A stretch of DNA of 63,162 nt, the filler included, from Craspedostauros australis (lineage: Eukaryota): assembly GCA_030167865.1 (NCBI GenBank). It is 11 parts of 11 records of this genome, joined end to end, with 100 filler letters (N's around TTAATTAATTAA, not from the genome) between each part and the next. Parts side by side here need not be neighbours in the genome. Positions count along the whole stretch, not along the records: positions 43,084 to 50,679 come from JALAGF010006537.1; positions 50,780 to 54,123 come from JALAGF010006538.1; positions 54,224 to 58,716 come from JALAGF010006539.1; 8 more parts are not named here. The stretch is one strand, 5' to 3'. Every line of letters begins with the position of its first letter. Position 1 is the stretch's first letter. Position numbers and translations under genes: made by a program. A model generated the notes under the pieces. That model was not told the origin of the DNA. It saw only the letters and a program-made list of their open reading frames with translations, and made no database searches. Positions 45,245 to 57,530 of this stretch are shown piece after piece.

Positions 45245-47054
45245 ATGTATCAAAGGCACAAACCTGGGAGGCAACTGATCATTCGAGGGGCCAGCCGAAG
45301 CAGCGGATCAATCTCACATCAGCAGGGCGAGTCTGCACACCAACGAACCATTCGAGGTACCAGCCGAAGCAGCACACCAACCGCACATCAGCAGGGCGAG
45401 TCTGTGCAACAACCAACCATTCGAGGTCCCAACCAAAGCAGCAGATCAATCTCACATCAAGAGAGCAAACCTGCACACCAACCAACCATTCGAGGTACCA
45501 GCCGAAGCAGCGCACCAACCCCACATCAGCAGAGTGAGTCTGCACACCAACCAACCATTCGAGGTACCAGCCGAAGCAGCAGATCAATCTCACAACAGCA
45601 GGGTGAGTCTGCACGGCAACCAACCATTCGAGGTCCCAGCCGAAGCAGCGTACCAACTGCGCATCAGCAGGGCAAGTCTGCACACCAACCAACCATTCGA
45701 GGTCCCAGCCGAAGCAGCAGATCAATCTCACATCAGCAGGGTGAGTCTGCATGGCAACCAACCATTCGAGGTCCCAGCCGAAGCAGCAGATCAATCTCAC
45801 ATCAGGAGAGCAAACCTGCACACCAACCAACCATTCGAGGTACCAGCCGAAGCAGCACACCAACCCCACATCAGCAGAGTGAGTCTGCACACCAACCAAC
45901 CATTCGAGGTACCAGCCGAAGCAGCAGATCAATCTCACAACAGCAGGGTGAGTCTGCACGGCAACCAACCATTCAAGGTACCACCCAAAGCAATCAAGCA
46001 AGACAACTGGCCACCCGAGACACCTGTGAAGCCAGACACAATGAAGCCGGCAATGAGACCACCAATGATGCAGCTGATGTTGCCTTCTTGACTCGCGATG
46101 AGATTCTGGAGCTTGGCCTGAGATATGCTGGTTTCCGGCAAAAAAGGATGGCAGAACGAACCAGAACAGATCGCTTTTCTGCGATGTATGGCTTGAGTCC
46201 GGAGAGCTTTGGATGTCTATTCGTTGATTTAACCAATAGCAAGCAAGAGCACAAAGTGAAGCAGCCACGCCCATACGAAGTCTTTGTTGTCCTGAATTGG
46301 CTCAAACAGTACAGCACAGAGCATGCAATGGCCGGTCGTTGGCATTTGGATGAGAAAACCATCCGATCTCTCATTTGGTCGTACATACCAGCAATTCAAG
46401 CATTGCTCCCCGAGAAGGTAAGTCAGTGTGCACACATTGCTCTCACCTTCATTCATTGCCTCTTCTGACAAAGCCCTCATACTTGCATATCTTTCATTTC
46501 TTTGGCTCGTCCTCTCCCAGGTTGTCTGGCCCCCTAACAGCCTCGAGCTATCTGGCGACGACAAGCACTTCCTGATCAGTGTGGATGGAGTGCATGTCAA
46601 GATCTATGAGCCAAGGATGGACCCAGGGACGAAGTGGTACTCCCATAAATCCCACTCTGCTGGGTTCACGTACGAGCTTGGCATATCGTTGGCCGAAAGC
46701 AAGTTGGTATGGATCAATGGTCCCTTCCCAGCCTCCACATCCGATCTTGCAATGTACCGAAAGCCCAATGGTCTGAGGTCCAAACTGCCACCAGGGAGCA
46801 TGGTGATTGCTGATGGTGGGTATCGCAATGAACCCACGATCAGTGCACCAAATCCAATGGATTCGGCTGCTGTCAAGAAGTTCAAGAACAGAGCGAGAGC
46901 TCGCCATGAGAGCTTCAATGGGAGAATAAAAAGCTTCAAAGCACTTGTGCATGACTATCGCAACCAACTCGATAAGCACCAAAGTGTATTTGAATCATGT
47001 TGCATTTTGATTCAATACGAATTGGACAATGGGCATCCAATATTTGAGATATAA
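45245..47054 (+). CDS. Harbinger/DDE_Tnp_4-like transposase; exons 45245-46417 and 46521-47054
   Basis: The GTAAGT...CTGAC...CCCAG intron at 46418-46520 joins LPEK to VVWPP. Motifs: ISVDG, WYSHK, YELGI, WINGPFPA, IADGGY and ARARHESFNGRIK. The start codon is tentative. Confidence 0.9.
45269..45985 (+). repeat. 69-bp coding minisatellite, about 10.3 units (QPTIRGTSRSSRSISHQQGESAH)
   Basis: ATTCRAGG recurs every 69 nt from 45281 to 45971. Confidence 0.92.
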
Positions 47055-47226
47055 ATGATAAATTTCCGACTATTACAACAGTTGCTTCTCTCCATCCATT
47101 TGTATCTATCCAAAGTAGTCGTCAAGAGGATCGTAGTCGTCAATGCCAGAAACATTCAGACTTGCCATTGGCAGAGACTTCTTGACCTGGTCTGAAGCGG
47201 GAAACTTGCAATCCGCTGCATCATGA

Positions 47227-49098
47227 TCAGGCTTGAGCTTCTTGGTGGGCTGCGGCTGCCTCTCGCTTCAAGTGCTGGCCTTCATCGCCCATGACAGCAT
47301 CAGAGGCTGGCGGCACAGTGCAGGCAACAAGTTGATAATGAACAGTTGGGCTCGTGCTCACCACAAGTTCCTTCGTCTCAGGCCCTTCCAACTTCGATGT
47401 TGCAACAATGGGGAAACCCTGGTTGTCTCTCCCCACGTCATCAGGAAGAGGAGTATCCAATGGGGACCTCCCTTCCTCGAAGTTTCCGGGGTCCAGGTTG
47501 CTTGGCACCCCCTCAGGTTCTGGGTTGCGTCCGACCTCTTCAGGTCCCATGCTTGGGACACCCGCAAATGGCTGTGGTAGGTTGACCTGGTTGTTGGACA
47601 GGATTGGAGATGGTGATGGGGAGTCTTCGATGTCCATATCCAGGGACTCACTGGGGTTGATGGTGATGTTTGCTGCACCATAAATAGAGCAATCAAAAAC
47701 AAGAGGAGAGAATAGATGATATATGATGTGAGTTACTGCTGTTGCTAAAGTATCGTGGTTAGGTGTTGCAACATGGCCAGGCATCTGCAAAAGAAGTTGT
47801 TCGAAGAATCATGGGGGCGGCGACTCACCGGTGCTCGACAGCATCTGGAAGAATGCATCATCGACATCAGGGCTGTTGGTGCCAACCAATCCAACTCTCC
47901 CATGAAAGCCAGCAATGGCAACTCTCCAGCACACCATGTTCGTGGGGATCTTGATCTGTCGACCGCTTGCCTTGTGCACCAGGATTTTGGGTGTTGGACA
48001 ATAGGTCTTCGTGAGGCAGTCAGATTCGTTTCCAAAGAAATTGGCACTGAGAGTCATGCCTTTTGGGCAATGAAAGTATGTGAACTTGGAGCCCACTCCT
48101 TTGGCGGTTTCACGGTTAACCAGTGTGTGGAAGAGCATCTTCTCTCGCTCAAGATTGCCATCCATGGTTCCTTTCTTCTGAACGAACATCTCATCTGTGC
48201 TGGGCTCGAGCATCAGTGAGGGGATGGCTGGCTCCTCGATCTTGATGCAAGTTCCATCCTCACAGATGGATGCCTTGATATTGTGGATATCGTCCTTGTC
48301 CACGAACGGCTTGCGGATGACGAGGCAAGAGAAGGAACGGCCATCAAGGACAACGCCTTCCATCCGGTAGATCATGATGTTGTCGACATGCTTGAATGGA
48401 TGATCAAGGTCGATGAGATAGCGCTCGCCAGCGTCGCTCTCGGTGGTAGTAGTGGTGATGATGGTGTCGTTGTCGTTGCCCATTGCTGCTTCAGTGGAGA
48501 AAAGCAACTTGCGTTGTCGTTGTGGTGAGAGTGTCGACTTTGATGTGGAAGGTGTTACGATGGTTGGAACCTTCTGTTTTATGGTGGATGTTGCAAGGGG
48601 TTTGGTTGGCGCTGGTGTTGCTGGCGTTGCTGGAATTGTTGATGATGCTTGTGATGTGCCTTGGCCCTCTCCACTCAATGCCTCCTGATGCGATTCTCGC
48701 AATGCTTGGAGTTCTTCCTTGTCAAGGTGCGTCTCGAGATAGCGCTTGCGCTGTCGGGAAGCACATCGCTTTGCAGTACCACTCCCGCCAAGGATGTGCG
48801 CATGTAGGTCGCAGTGCAGCCAGAACTTGTCATGGCGTGTTGCTCCAAGTATGAAGTCAATGATGACGATGTCGGCTGCCGGTCCTATTGATTTTGAATT
48901 TGAGCGGTTGGGAGTTGCTCCACGGTGGGAACGCGCTGGAGTAAGCGAAGTGGCGTCATTGGTAGGATCGCGCATGTTGTGTTCTTTTTTGTGGCCACAG
49001 AGCGTCGTGGTGATCCCCACAGTTTTTGATTTCGGCCAACCCACACGACCCGCCGCGTGGCAGATGACATCAGTGTCGGTATTTCTGTGGGTCGACAA
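47227..49098 (-). CDS. Accessory ORF of element B, unknown function, probably two exons
   Basis: ORF 47809-49098 has a GTGAGT donor at 47828. Phase-compatible acceptors near 47745 or 47673 join it to ORF 47227-47790. The start is uncertain. Confidence 0.55.
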
Positions 49099-49771
49099 CG
49101 TCGATTCGCGTCATCCGCTCAGGTGCGCGCAAGGGGCGCACAGAAACACACACAACAAATCCCACACAAACCCCGACAGTGGAAGACGAGCAAAGCCACC
49201 ATCACACCACTTGAAGAGAAGACAGACAGCTTTCAACAGCAAGGAAACATTCCTTTCATCAATCAATCAATACAGCAATTGACTGCAGAATAACAGCAAG
49301 ACAAGGCTGAAAGCAACGGCAACCAACAGCTTTCGCGGCACCAGCAACAGCAACAGCAATAACGACAGCCATACTGACAGCTGCAGGCCAAGCTCTGATC
49401 GAGCAGAATCGAACATGGCAAAGCAGCAGAGACTCGTCCTGTCACTGTGCTGGAAACCCAGCATCAATATCAGCAGCAACGGCAACAATCCCATATGGAT
49501 GGTGCGGTTGTCCCACAACCCCAACGGCAATGGCAACGGCATTACCAATTCCAATGTTGGCATCACGAAAAGACAAAAATCTGGATCATCTTGATTGTCA
49601 CATCATCACCGAAGGTGTGCACAGAATCCCCTTGCGGAAGCATTCCCACAGACAGCAACAGCATTGGCATATCTTTGGCCACACACCATCATCGAAGCTG
49701 TGTGCAGAAGCCCCTTGCAACAGCATTCTCAAGAACAGCAGCTGCATGGCAGTGTTGAGCCAGGGCCCAAA

Positions 49772-50248
49772 ATGCCGTTCAAATGGGCAGATGCCAAGAA
49801 GATTCTGGAGAAGGAATTGAAGGAGGGAACAATCACCGAGGAGATGAAGCCAAAGGCCATCTACGAAAGCCATGCAGAATTCTCAGAGGTGAACTACACC
49901 AACTTCCGCAGCAATCTGAACCGCCTTCGCAAAAAGTGGAAACAGCACAAGGATGACGCTGCAGAGGCAGAGGATTGTCTGGCTGCTTTCCGAAAGATGA
50001 CAATTTCCACAAAGCCAGCTGCAAAACTCAGATGGGATGGCTCTGAGGCACAAAGCATGCTTCGAAAGGACTTCAAGGATTCATCCTTGAATTCTCTCAA
50101 ACCATTGGAGTTGTATCAAAAGAGACAATGCTATCAGGAGTTTCCGATGAAGCAATTCAGACAACATTTCCATGCAGCAAAGCGGTCAAAATACGAGTCG
50201 CTGTATTGGCAACAACGTAAAAATGATCTCCGTGAAACACAGCGATAG
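49772..50248 (+). CDS. Small basic protein with a duplicated helical motif; putative DNA-binding partner of the transposase
   Basis: Two copies of W...A...L......KP..(I/L)Y.....(F/Y).E.....FR: WADAKKILEKEL...KPKAIY...FRSN and WDGSEAQSMLRKDF...KPLELY...FRQH. Confidence 0.7.
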   Translation: MPFKWADAKKILEKELKEGTITEEMKPKAIYESHAEFSEVNYTNFRSNLNRLRKKWKQHKDDAAEAEDCLAAFRKMTISTKPAAKLRWDGSEAQSMLRKDFKDSSLNSLKPLELYQKRQCYQEFPMKQFRQHFHAAKRSKYESLYWQQRKNDLRETQR

Positions 50249-50586
50249 AGTAATGACAATAGCTGCATCAAATAGTATCTCCAATCCAAAGATTCAGCAG
50301 CTTCCTTGTACTGATTGTACTGATTGACGGTGGACATTCTAACTGTAGTATCTTAGAGAGTTGCATACATAATTGTAGCACAGCTGAAAAGAGAGCTTGG
50401 CCTGCAGCATGGGATTACAGTGAACTTGTGACAATCAGGAGAGGATACGGATGCGTGTTGTTGTGTGTGTGTGCGAGATGTGCGAGATGTGAGATTTTTG
50501 TGGATGCTCTGGTCGTCTCTGCAGACGCTGTGGAGACGGGAAATTGCTGCGTCTCCGTCTGTCATCCGACCGTCACCAACAGTATT

Positions 50587-50679
50587 TCGATGAAAGTACG
50601 CACGTGCCAATGATGGTCGCAACCATTCGATGAAAGTAATAGCACTTCGATGAAAGTAATAGCACTTCGATGAAAGTAA
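50587..50679 (+). repeat. 20-bp subterminal repeat (TTCGATGAAAGTAATAGCAC)n running into the gap
   Basis: Same core as 44772-44874. Confidence 0.88.
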
Positions 50680-51773
50680 NNNNNNNNNNNNNNNNNNNNN
50701 NNNNNNNNNNNNNNNNNNNNNNNTTAATTAATTAANNNNNNNNNNNNNNNNNNNNNNNNNNNNNNNNNNNNNNNNNNNNTCTGCACCTTCATCCCATCCT
50801 AATGTCGTACGTACAGCGCAGTGCACGTACGTACCATCGCATTCTGATGCAGTTTTTCTCCTCCACACCTGTTCCAAGTCCACTGCGAGAAACTGCGTGC
50901 AATCAATTGGGGCCAAAAACAGCCGAAATGTTGATCCGTTCGCACGACTGTAGACACGTCTGAGTTCAGCTTCGAGTGCCTTGCTGTGAGTCCGTCTCAG
51001 AGAGGAAAAAAGGACATTTTCGCCGCTCGCCGACGTCCAACTTGAAGACAATGACGAGTCGCATCCATGTCCGATCGAAAGCTAAAAACCTAAAGCACGG
51101 GCTACTGTGGGGAATTTCTCAACTCAAGCCCTCATAACTTATAAAATATAAAGTGTAGCAATTCTAGGAAAGTCAATCCGTCACTTTCTCATATAGAGGA
51201 ACATCATATTAAATTTATAGGGAAATCTGAGAGGACTTCCCGAGAAAGGTGTACTATTTTCGCTCAGGCGGGTCATAAGTCAGACATAAACAACTCAAGG
51301 TTCAACAGAAAGACGAAGACGACTCCTTCAAGACTACACAGTGTTCGCCGGGATTGGCATGTGGCGCGTACAATTCTCTGCTTGTCCGTTTCGTGCACGC
51401 AATTTGTTAAGTTCATGCAGAAAACACCGCAAACAACCCTCTTCTTCTGTGCAGAATAGGAACACTCATACTTAAGAGAAGCGACGATTCCAGAACCATC
51501 AGAATCAGTCACTGAGACGAGTGTAGATAAATTGTGATCTCCTCTAACTTTTTACCTTGGCCTGTCTGTTCGTGTTTGTTGCGGAGCTGCGAATCTCCTA
51601 CTTCCAGAAAGACAAGCAACCACAACTTCTACTGGTGGCTCGTGCGAGTACGTTGTCATCCATCAACCATCTGTCTATGGATTATTCTGTCTATCCATCA
51701 GTCCATTACTTGCGATCCTGCAGATCGCATTCGATGCACTCACGAAAACACTTGTGCCCATAACAAACACCTG

Positions 51774-52383
51774 CAAGACACGGGAAAACCGACGAAACAC
51801 GATCAGGCTGAGTCGTGAGTCGGTACGACTTCTCTGCCAATTGTCCTGTTCGGATTGCCTGTTTGACNNNNNNNNNNNNNNNNNNNNNNTAGTTATAACG
51901 TTAATTAACGTCTGTAAATTCAAATCAAGACAAATCCTGGTTCAAAAACAAAATAGGTGAAAGTACTCGAGAGTAGGTGAAAGTACTCAGGACTAGGTGA
52001 AAGTACTCCAGACTCGACGAAAGTACTCGAGAGTAGGTGAAAGTACTCCAGACTCGACGAAAGTAATTAGGATTAGGTGAAAGTACTCCAGACTCGACGA
52101 AAGTACTCAAGAGTAGGTGAAAGTACTCCAGACTCGACGAAAGTACTCAAGAGTAGGTGAAAGCACTCCAGACTCGACGAAAGTACTCCAGAGCAGGTGA
52201 AGGTACTCAAAACTCGACGAAAGTACTCCCGTTCGTTGAGGTTGCTGCGCCTTGATTCCTCACGGTTCGTTGGAATTCTGTTCCGTGTATTGGGAGGCGC
52301 GGTAGTTTAATATATGCTAAAATAATGGTGTCCNCCTCAAGTCTGATTGGTTGTCACATTCTTGGACATGATGACGTCGGCTG
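51774..52383 (+). mobile_element. Second copy of the element A left end, with a 20-bp period GAAAGTACTC array (51954-52229) and an empty CTG site at 52381
   Basis: Near-identical to 44085-44598, then continues AAATGTGCG instead of element B. Confidence 0.8.
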
Positions 52384-52740
52384 AAATGTGCGCGTGCTCT
52401 GGCTTCTCTTTGACCTCTTGCGCGCAAACCATTTCTAAAGTACCTTGATATGGTACAGCATATCCAATGTGATACTATGCACATAGAGCATCCAACTCAT
52501 CCCACACAGCCTTTCTATATNNNNNNNNNNNNNNNNNNNNNNNNNNNNNNNNNNNNNNNNNNNNNNNNNNCTCATCCCACACAGCCTTTCTATATTCGAT
52601 AGTGAGTCGGATTCTGCACTATTTTCCGATGCCTACCCACTGTGGCAAAGGACATTAAATTACATAGGCGCATTGATTGACACAACGCACTGCTCGTTGC
52701 ACATTCCATGTTTTGTCAGGCTCGACTGAACGACAATGCA

Positions 52741-54123
52741 CCATGCTGCAACATACCAGAATCGTCAAAGGTGTATATGAGGGTGTTTGCTTCCTGCTCG
52801 TGCCATCCTTGTCATTTCATCGTGCTTCATCATGGAGAGCCTGCTAGTTGTTGCTCCCTTGCTCTCCTCTCTGCTCTCCCTCCTGTCTCTCCACACATTC
52901 GTACTCACGGTTGCGCCAATGTCAGTGACAAAGTTCATGGCCTAGCGCTGGTCTGTATTCTGTCACAATTCATCTTACTTCATAGTCTCCATCCAATTCA
53001 TCTGAAATCCATGTGTGAATTGTCTTGACTGCTGTATCTCATTGTACTGCTGCCTATTGTACCTCTCATTTATATNNNNNNNNNNNNNNNNNNNNNNNNN
53101 NNNNNNNNNNNNNNNNNNNNNNNNNTCATTTATATGTAACTCATGGATGAAGCTGATTAGTGTGTGCCCAGCCTGTGCCATAGGCATTTTTACATCGCCT
53201 GCTTTGATTTCATGTAGGGCATGAGGCAGAACGGCTATCAAGTCAATATGTATGCATGACCAGGGGATCACAACGGCCTCCACCTATCCTGATCTCCATT
53301 CTTCGCGGCTCTCCAGTAGTATGTAAGTTGTATATGTTTGTGTACTCATGAAAGGAAATCCAGGGACAGCCTCATTCACAATGGCCAGCTACCGGCTTCA
53401 GCGGAGCCAGGTTTGGACTTCAATGGGAACTTGATCATCTGGTATCTGTAGCACTTGGTGCACTTGTCTGATCCATATTGCGACCATTCCCATGTCTGTA
53501 GCTCCTTTGCCTGACAGCTGTAGTTGGGCCCACACGGCTGTGCTTGCCCCTCGTAGTCGCGCCAAGTCTTCCAGGGCCAAGTCATAGTCCTGCACCACCT
53601 GCCTCATGTGAGCCTCCGGCTCCTCATCAATGCAATGCATTGCTTGATTGCATTGGTACCAATGGTCCCACACCACCTTCCAGAGCTTGTGTATGATCCG
53701 TGCCACCCACTTTTCTGTGGACAACCTACAACCAATTTGCGNATGGTACTGCTCCTGTAGTTCTGTCCATGACACCTTGACCATGCCCTCAACCAGCCAA
53801 TCCCATCCTCCCTCTTGTTGATCATCCATCAGCTTTGCCTCAATCAGGTTTGCGTGTATGTGTCCAACAGGTCCCAGCCCTCTTGACACTTGCTTGACAT
53901 TGCTTAACAGTATTTTTGCAATGACAGGATGAGTCGACATCTTCTGCATTGTGATCTTCAGCCATTTCCGCTGCAATTTCCATAGCACCATTGATTCCAG
54001 CGAGCAGCAGACCCAGAGGTGGCCAGGAGTTTCCGTCTTGCCATGCCTGGGGCAGCTATCACTCATCCTTGCCTTCTACTGAGCCATCTGTGTTCCCACA
54101 GCCGCCTCCTGCATCGTGAGCTT
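52741..54123. repeat. Allelic or paralogous copy of 54224-56181 lacking the LINE insertion
   Basis: Colinear and highly similar across the linker; empty site at 53251-53266. Confidence 0.9.
53398..54123 (-). pseudogene. Decayed LINE ORF2 C-terminus
   Basis: CP.HG..ET..H...C knuckle remnant and Q...GW.....G.....W...Q...W...I..LW....W...N...H. Confidence 0.75.
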
Positions 54124-54689
54124 NNNNNNNNNNNNNNNNNNNNNNNNNNNNNNNNNNNNNNNNNNNNTTAATTAATTAANNNNNNNNNNNNNNNNNNNNN
54201 NNNNNNNNNNNNNNNNNNNNNNNCCATGCTGCAACATACCAGAATCGTCAAAGGTGTATATGAGGGTGTTTGCTTCCTGCTCGTGCCATCCTTGTCATTT
54301 CATCGTGCTTCATCATGGAGAGCCTGCTAGTTGTTGCTCCCTTGCTCTCCTCTCTGCTCTCCCTCCTGTCTCTCCACACATTCGTACTCACGGTTGCGCC
54401 AATGTCAGTGACAAAGTTCATGGCCTAGCGCTGGTCTGTATTCTGTCACAATTCATCCTACTTCATAGTCTCCATCCAATTCATCTGAAATCCATGTGTG
54501 AATTGTCTTGACTGCTGTACCTCATTGTGCTGCTGCCTATTGTACCTATCATTTATATGTAACTCATGGATGAAGCTGATTAGTGTGTGCCCAGCCTGTG
54601 CCATAGGCACTTTTACATCGCCTGCTTTGATTTCATGTAGGGCATGAGGCAGAACGGCTATCAAGTCAATATGTATGCATGATCAGGGG

Positions 54690-55293
54690 TGTGTCGGACT
54701 GGTCCGATGGAGACGGCGGCAGGAGGTCGCGGGCATTCAAGGGGCCCTTGGGTGGTACCCTCTGCTACTGGGCTTCCTTCACAAGGACTGGCGGAGGCAG
54801 CAAGCACTGTGGATGACGCAACACGAGTGTCGGTTCCCAGACGAGGCGGCGTGGGCGCGAGAGGTGGTCCGTTGGATCTGGAAAATACCATGGAGCGTTT
54901 GGAAGGCACGCAATGCGAAGGTGCATGACGGGGAACAACACCCCTCCTCGGCGGACCTAAGGCGACAGGTACGACGTGTAGCCAGTGGCGCCAGCCAGGA
55001 CATGACGGAAGCGGAAGTGACCCTCTTGCGCGAGGGGCACCAGATAGAGTACGGAACGGAGTCGCAGATGCGACAGTGGATACAGACCATGACAGAGGTC
55101 CATGCCAAGGTGTCGGCCCGGCGACGGGCGCGCACCATGCAGAATGAGCGACAGCTGATGAGCAACTGGCTAGGGCTGAGGTGACGGGTGTATTCGACGG
55201 CTCGTTCGAAGCTTGGCCCTACGGGGCCGGTAGAGGCGAGGGTAAAGCCTGCAGAGCACATGTATAATGAAATCCTTGAGTTATTATTATTAT
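54690..55293 (+). mobile_element. Young 5'-truncated LINE with a (TTA)n tail and a 15-16 bp TSD
   Basis: TATGCATGATCAGGGG at 54674-54689 and 55294-55309. The open frame to 55184 contains QGALGWYPLLLG...WSVWKARNAKVH. Confidence 0.92.
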
Positions 55294-55440
55294 TATGCAT
55301 GATCAGGGGATCACAACGGCCTCCACCTATCCTGCTCTCCATTCTTTGCGGCTCTCCAGTAGTATGTAAGTTGTATGTGTTTGTGTACTCATGAAAGGAA
55401 ATCCAGGGACAGCCTCATTCACAATGGCCAGCTACCGGCT

Positions 55441-57530
55441 TCAGCGGAGCCAGGTTTGGACTTCAATGGGAACTTGATCATCTGGTATCTGTAGCACTTG
55501 GTGCACTTGTCCAATCCATATTGCGACCGTTCCCTTGTCTGTAGCTCCTTTGCCTGACAGCTGTAGTTGGGCCCACACAGCTGTGCTTGCCCCTTGTAGT
55601 CGCGCCAAGTCTTCCAGGGCCAAGTCTTCCAGGGCCAAGTCATAGTTCTGCACTACCTGCCTCATGTGAGCCTCCGGCCCCTCATCAGTGCAATGCATTG
55701 CTTGATTGCATTGGTACCAATGGTCCCACACCACCTTCCAGAGCTTGTGTATGATCCGTGCCACCCACTCTTCTGTGGACAACCTACAACCAATTTGTGC
55801 ATGGTACTGCTCCTGTAGTTCTGTCCATGACACCTTGACCATGCCCTCAACCAGCCAATCCCATCCTCCCTCTTGTTGATCATCTATCAGCTTTGCCTCA
55901 ATCAGGTTTGCATGTATGTGTCCAACAGGTCCCAGCCCTCTTGACACTTGCTTGACATTGCTCAACAGTATTTTTGCAATGGCAGGATGAGTCGACATCT
56001 TCTGCATCGTGATCTTCAGCCATTTCCGCTGCAATTTCCATAGCACCATTGATTCCAGCGAGCAGCAGACCCAGAGGTGGCCGTGAGTTTCCGTCTCGCC
56101 ATGCCTGGGGCAACTATCACTCATCCTTGCCTTCCACTGAGCCATCTGTGTTCCCACAGCCGCCTCCTGCATCGTGAGCTTCATGGTGAGCACCCTCNNN
56201 NNNNNNNNNNNNNNNNNNNNNNNNNNNNNNNNNNNNNNNNNNNNNNNATGGTACTGCTCCTGTAGTTCTGTCCATGACACCTTGACCATGCCCTCAACCA
56301 GCCAATCCCATCCTCCCTCTTGTTGATCATCTATCAGCTTTGCCTCAATCAGGTTTGCATGTATGTGTCCAACAGGTCCCAGCCCTCTTGACACTTGCTT
56401 GACATTGCTCAACAGTATTTTTGCAATGGCAGGATGAGTCGACATCTTCTGCATCGTGATCTTCAGCCNTTTCCGCTGCAATTTCCATAGCACCATTGAT
56501 TCCAGCGANCAGCAGACCCAGAGGTGGCCGTGAGTTTCCNTCTCGCCATGCCTGGGGCANCTATCACTCATCCTTGCCTTCCACTGAGCCATCTGTGTTC
56601 CCACAGCCGCCTCCTGCATCGTGAGCTTCATGGTGAGCACCCTCTGCGCGTCAGTGAGCTCGCCTGCCGCCCTTCGTTGCGTGGTTTTGTCGGCGTCGCC
56701 ACCGATCGCCTCCATGCCTTGCTAGAGCCAGACCCTCGCCATGTTCACCTCCACCACATCTCTGACGACACTGGCATACATGATGCTTGACCTGCAAACG
56801 CCTTGTCTTGGAATGTACCATGTGCACATCCCTGTGTTCTGGTGGAAGCTCCACTCATCACCCTCTTTGAGCATTTGCCATTGCTGTCCTGCAAGCCNCT
56901 ATTGTACCTAGCATGGTTCTGCATGGCACTCCTGGAATTCAATGCAATCATCTTGTCCTTGCATGCTGCGACTTCAGCACTCCTGCAAGATAGACCATCA
57001 TTTGGATTGTGGTCATGGCTGTGTTTCCATATCGGATTCGAGGGTCCTCACCCATGACACACCATGGCCTACATTCGGTCAAGTGAATGAAGAACCACTT
57101 CTCATCTACGTTGTTAGACTTGAGAATTGGCAGTATCGTAGGAAGAACACATCCTTCAGCAATTGATCAGATCAAGAAGGAGGCATCCACTGTAAACTCT
57201 GTTGGAACTTGAATGCTATTANNNNNNNNNNNNNNNNNNNNNNNNNNNNNNNNNNNNNNNNNNNNNNNNNNTGCATGCTGCGACTTCAGCACTCCTGCAA
57301 GATAGACCATCATTTGGATTGTGGTCATGGCTGTGTTTCCATATCGGATTCGAGGGTCCTCACCCATGACACACCATGGCCTACATTCGGTCAAGTGAAT
57401 GAAGAACCACTTCTCATCTACGTTGTTAGACTTGAGAATTGGCAGTATCGTAGGAAGAACACATCCTTCAGCAATTGATCAGATCAAGAAGGAGGCATCC
57501 ACTGTAAACTCTGTTGGAACTTGAATGCTA
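55441..57530 (-). pseudogene. Decayed LINE ORF2 3' region with gap-flanking duplications
   Basis: Same motifs as 53398-54123. Segments are repeated across the gaps at about 56198 and 57222. The upstream limit is uncertain. Confidence 0.7.

Larger units (their letters stand above)
44599..50679 (+). mobile_element. PIF/Harbinger-type (PHIS) element B nested in element A; right end lost at the scaffold edge
   Basis: Starts CTG|CAAGACACGGGAA, has TTCGATGAAAGTA repeats near both ends, and carries a transposase plus two more ORFs. Confidence 0.75.

Noticed and set aside
45279..46274. 331-aa antisense ORF, and other antisense ORFs over the PTSA repeats, Copia pol and 59095-61224
   Set aside because: These are shadow ORFs of repetitive or GC-rich coding sequence, with no independent motifs.
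44266..52229. GAAAGTA arrays (44266-44380, 44772-44874, 50587-50679, 51954-52229) as CRISPR arrays
   Set aside because: These are contiguous 20-bp tandem units with no unique spacers, no cas genes and a eukaryotic TE context.
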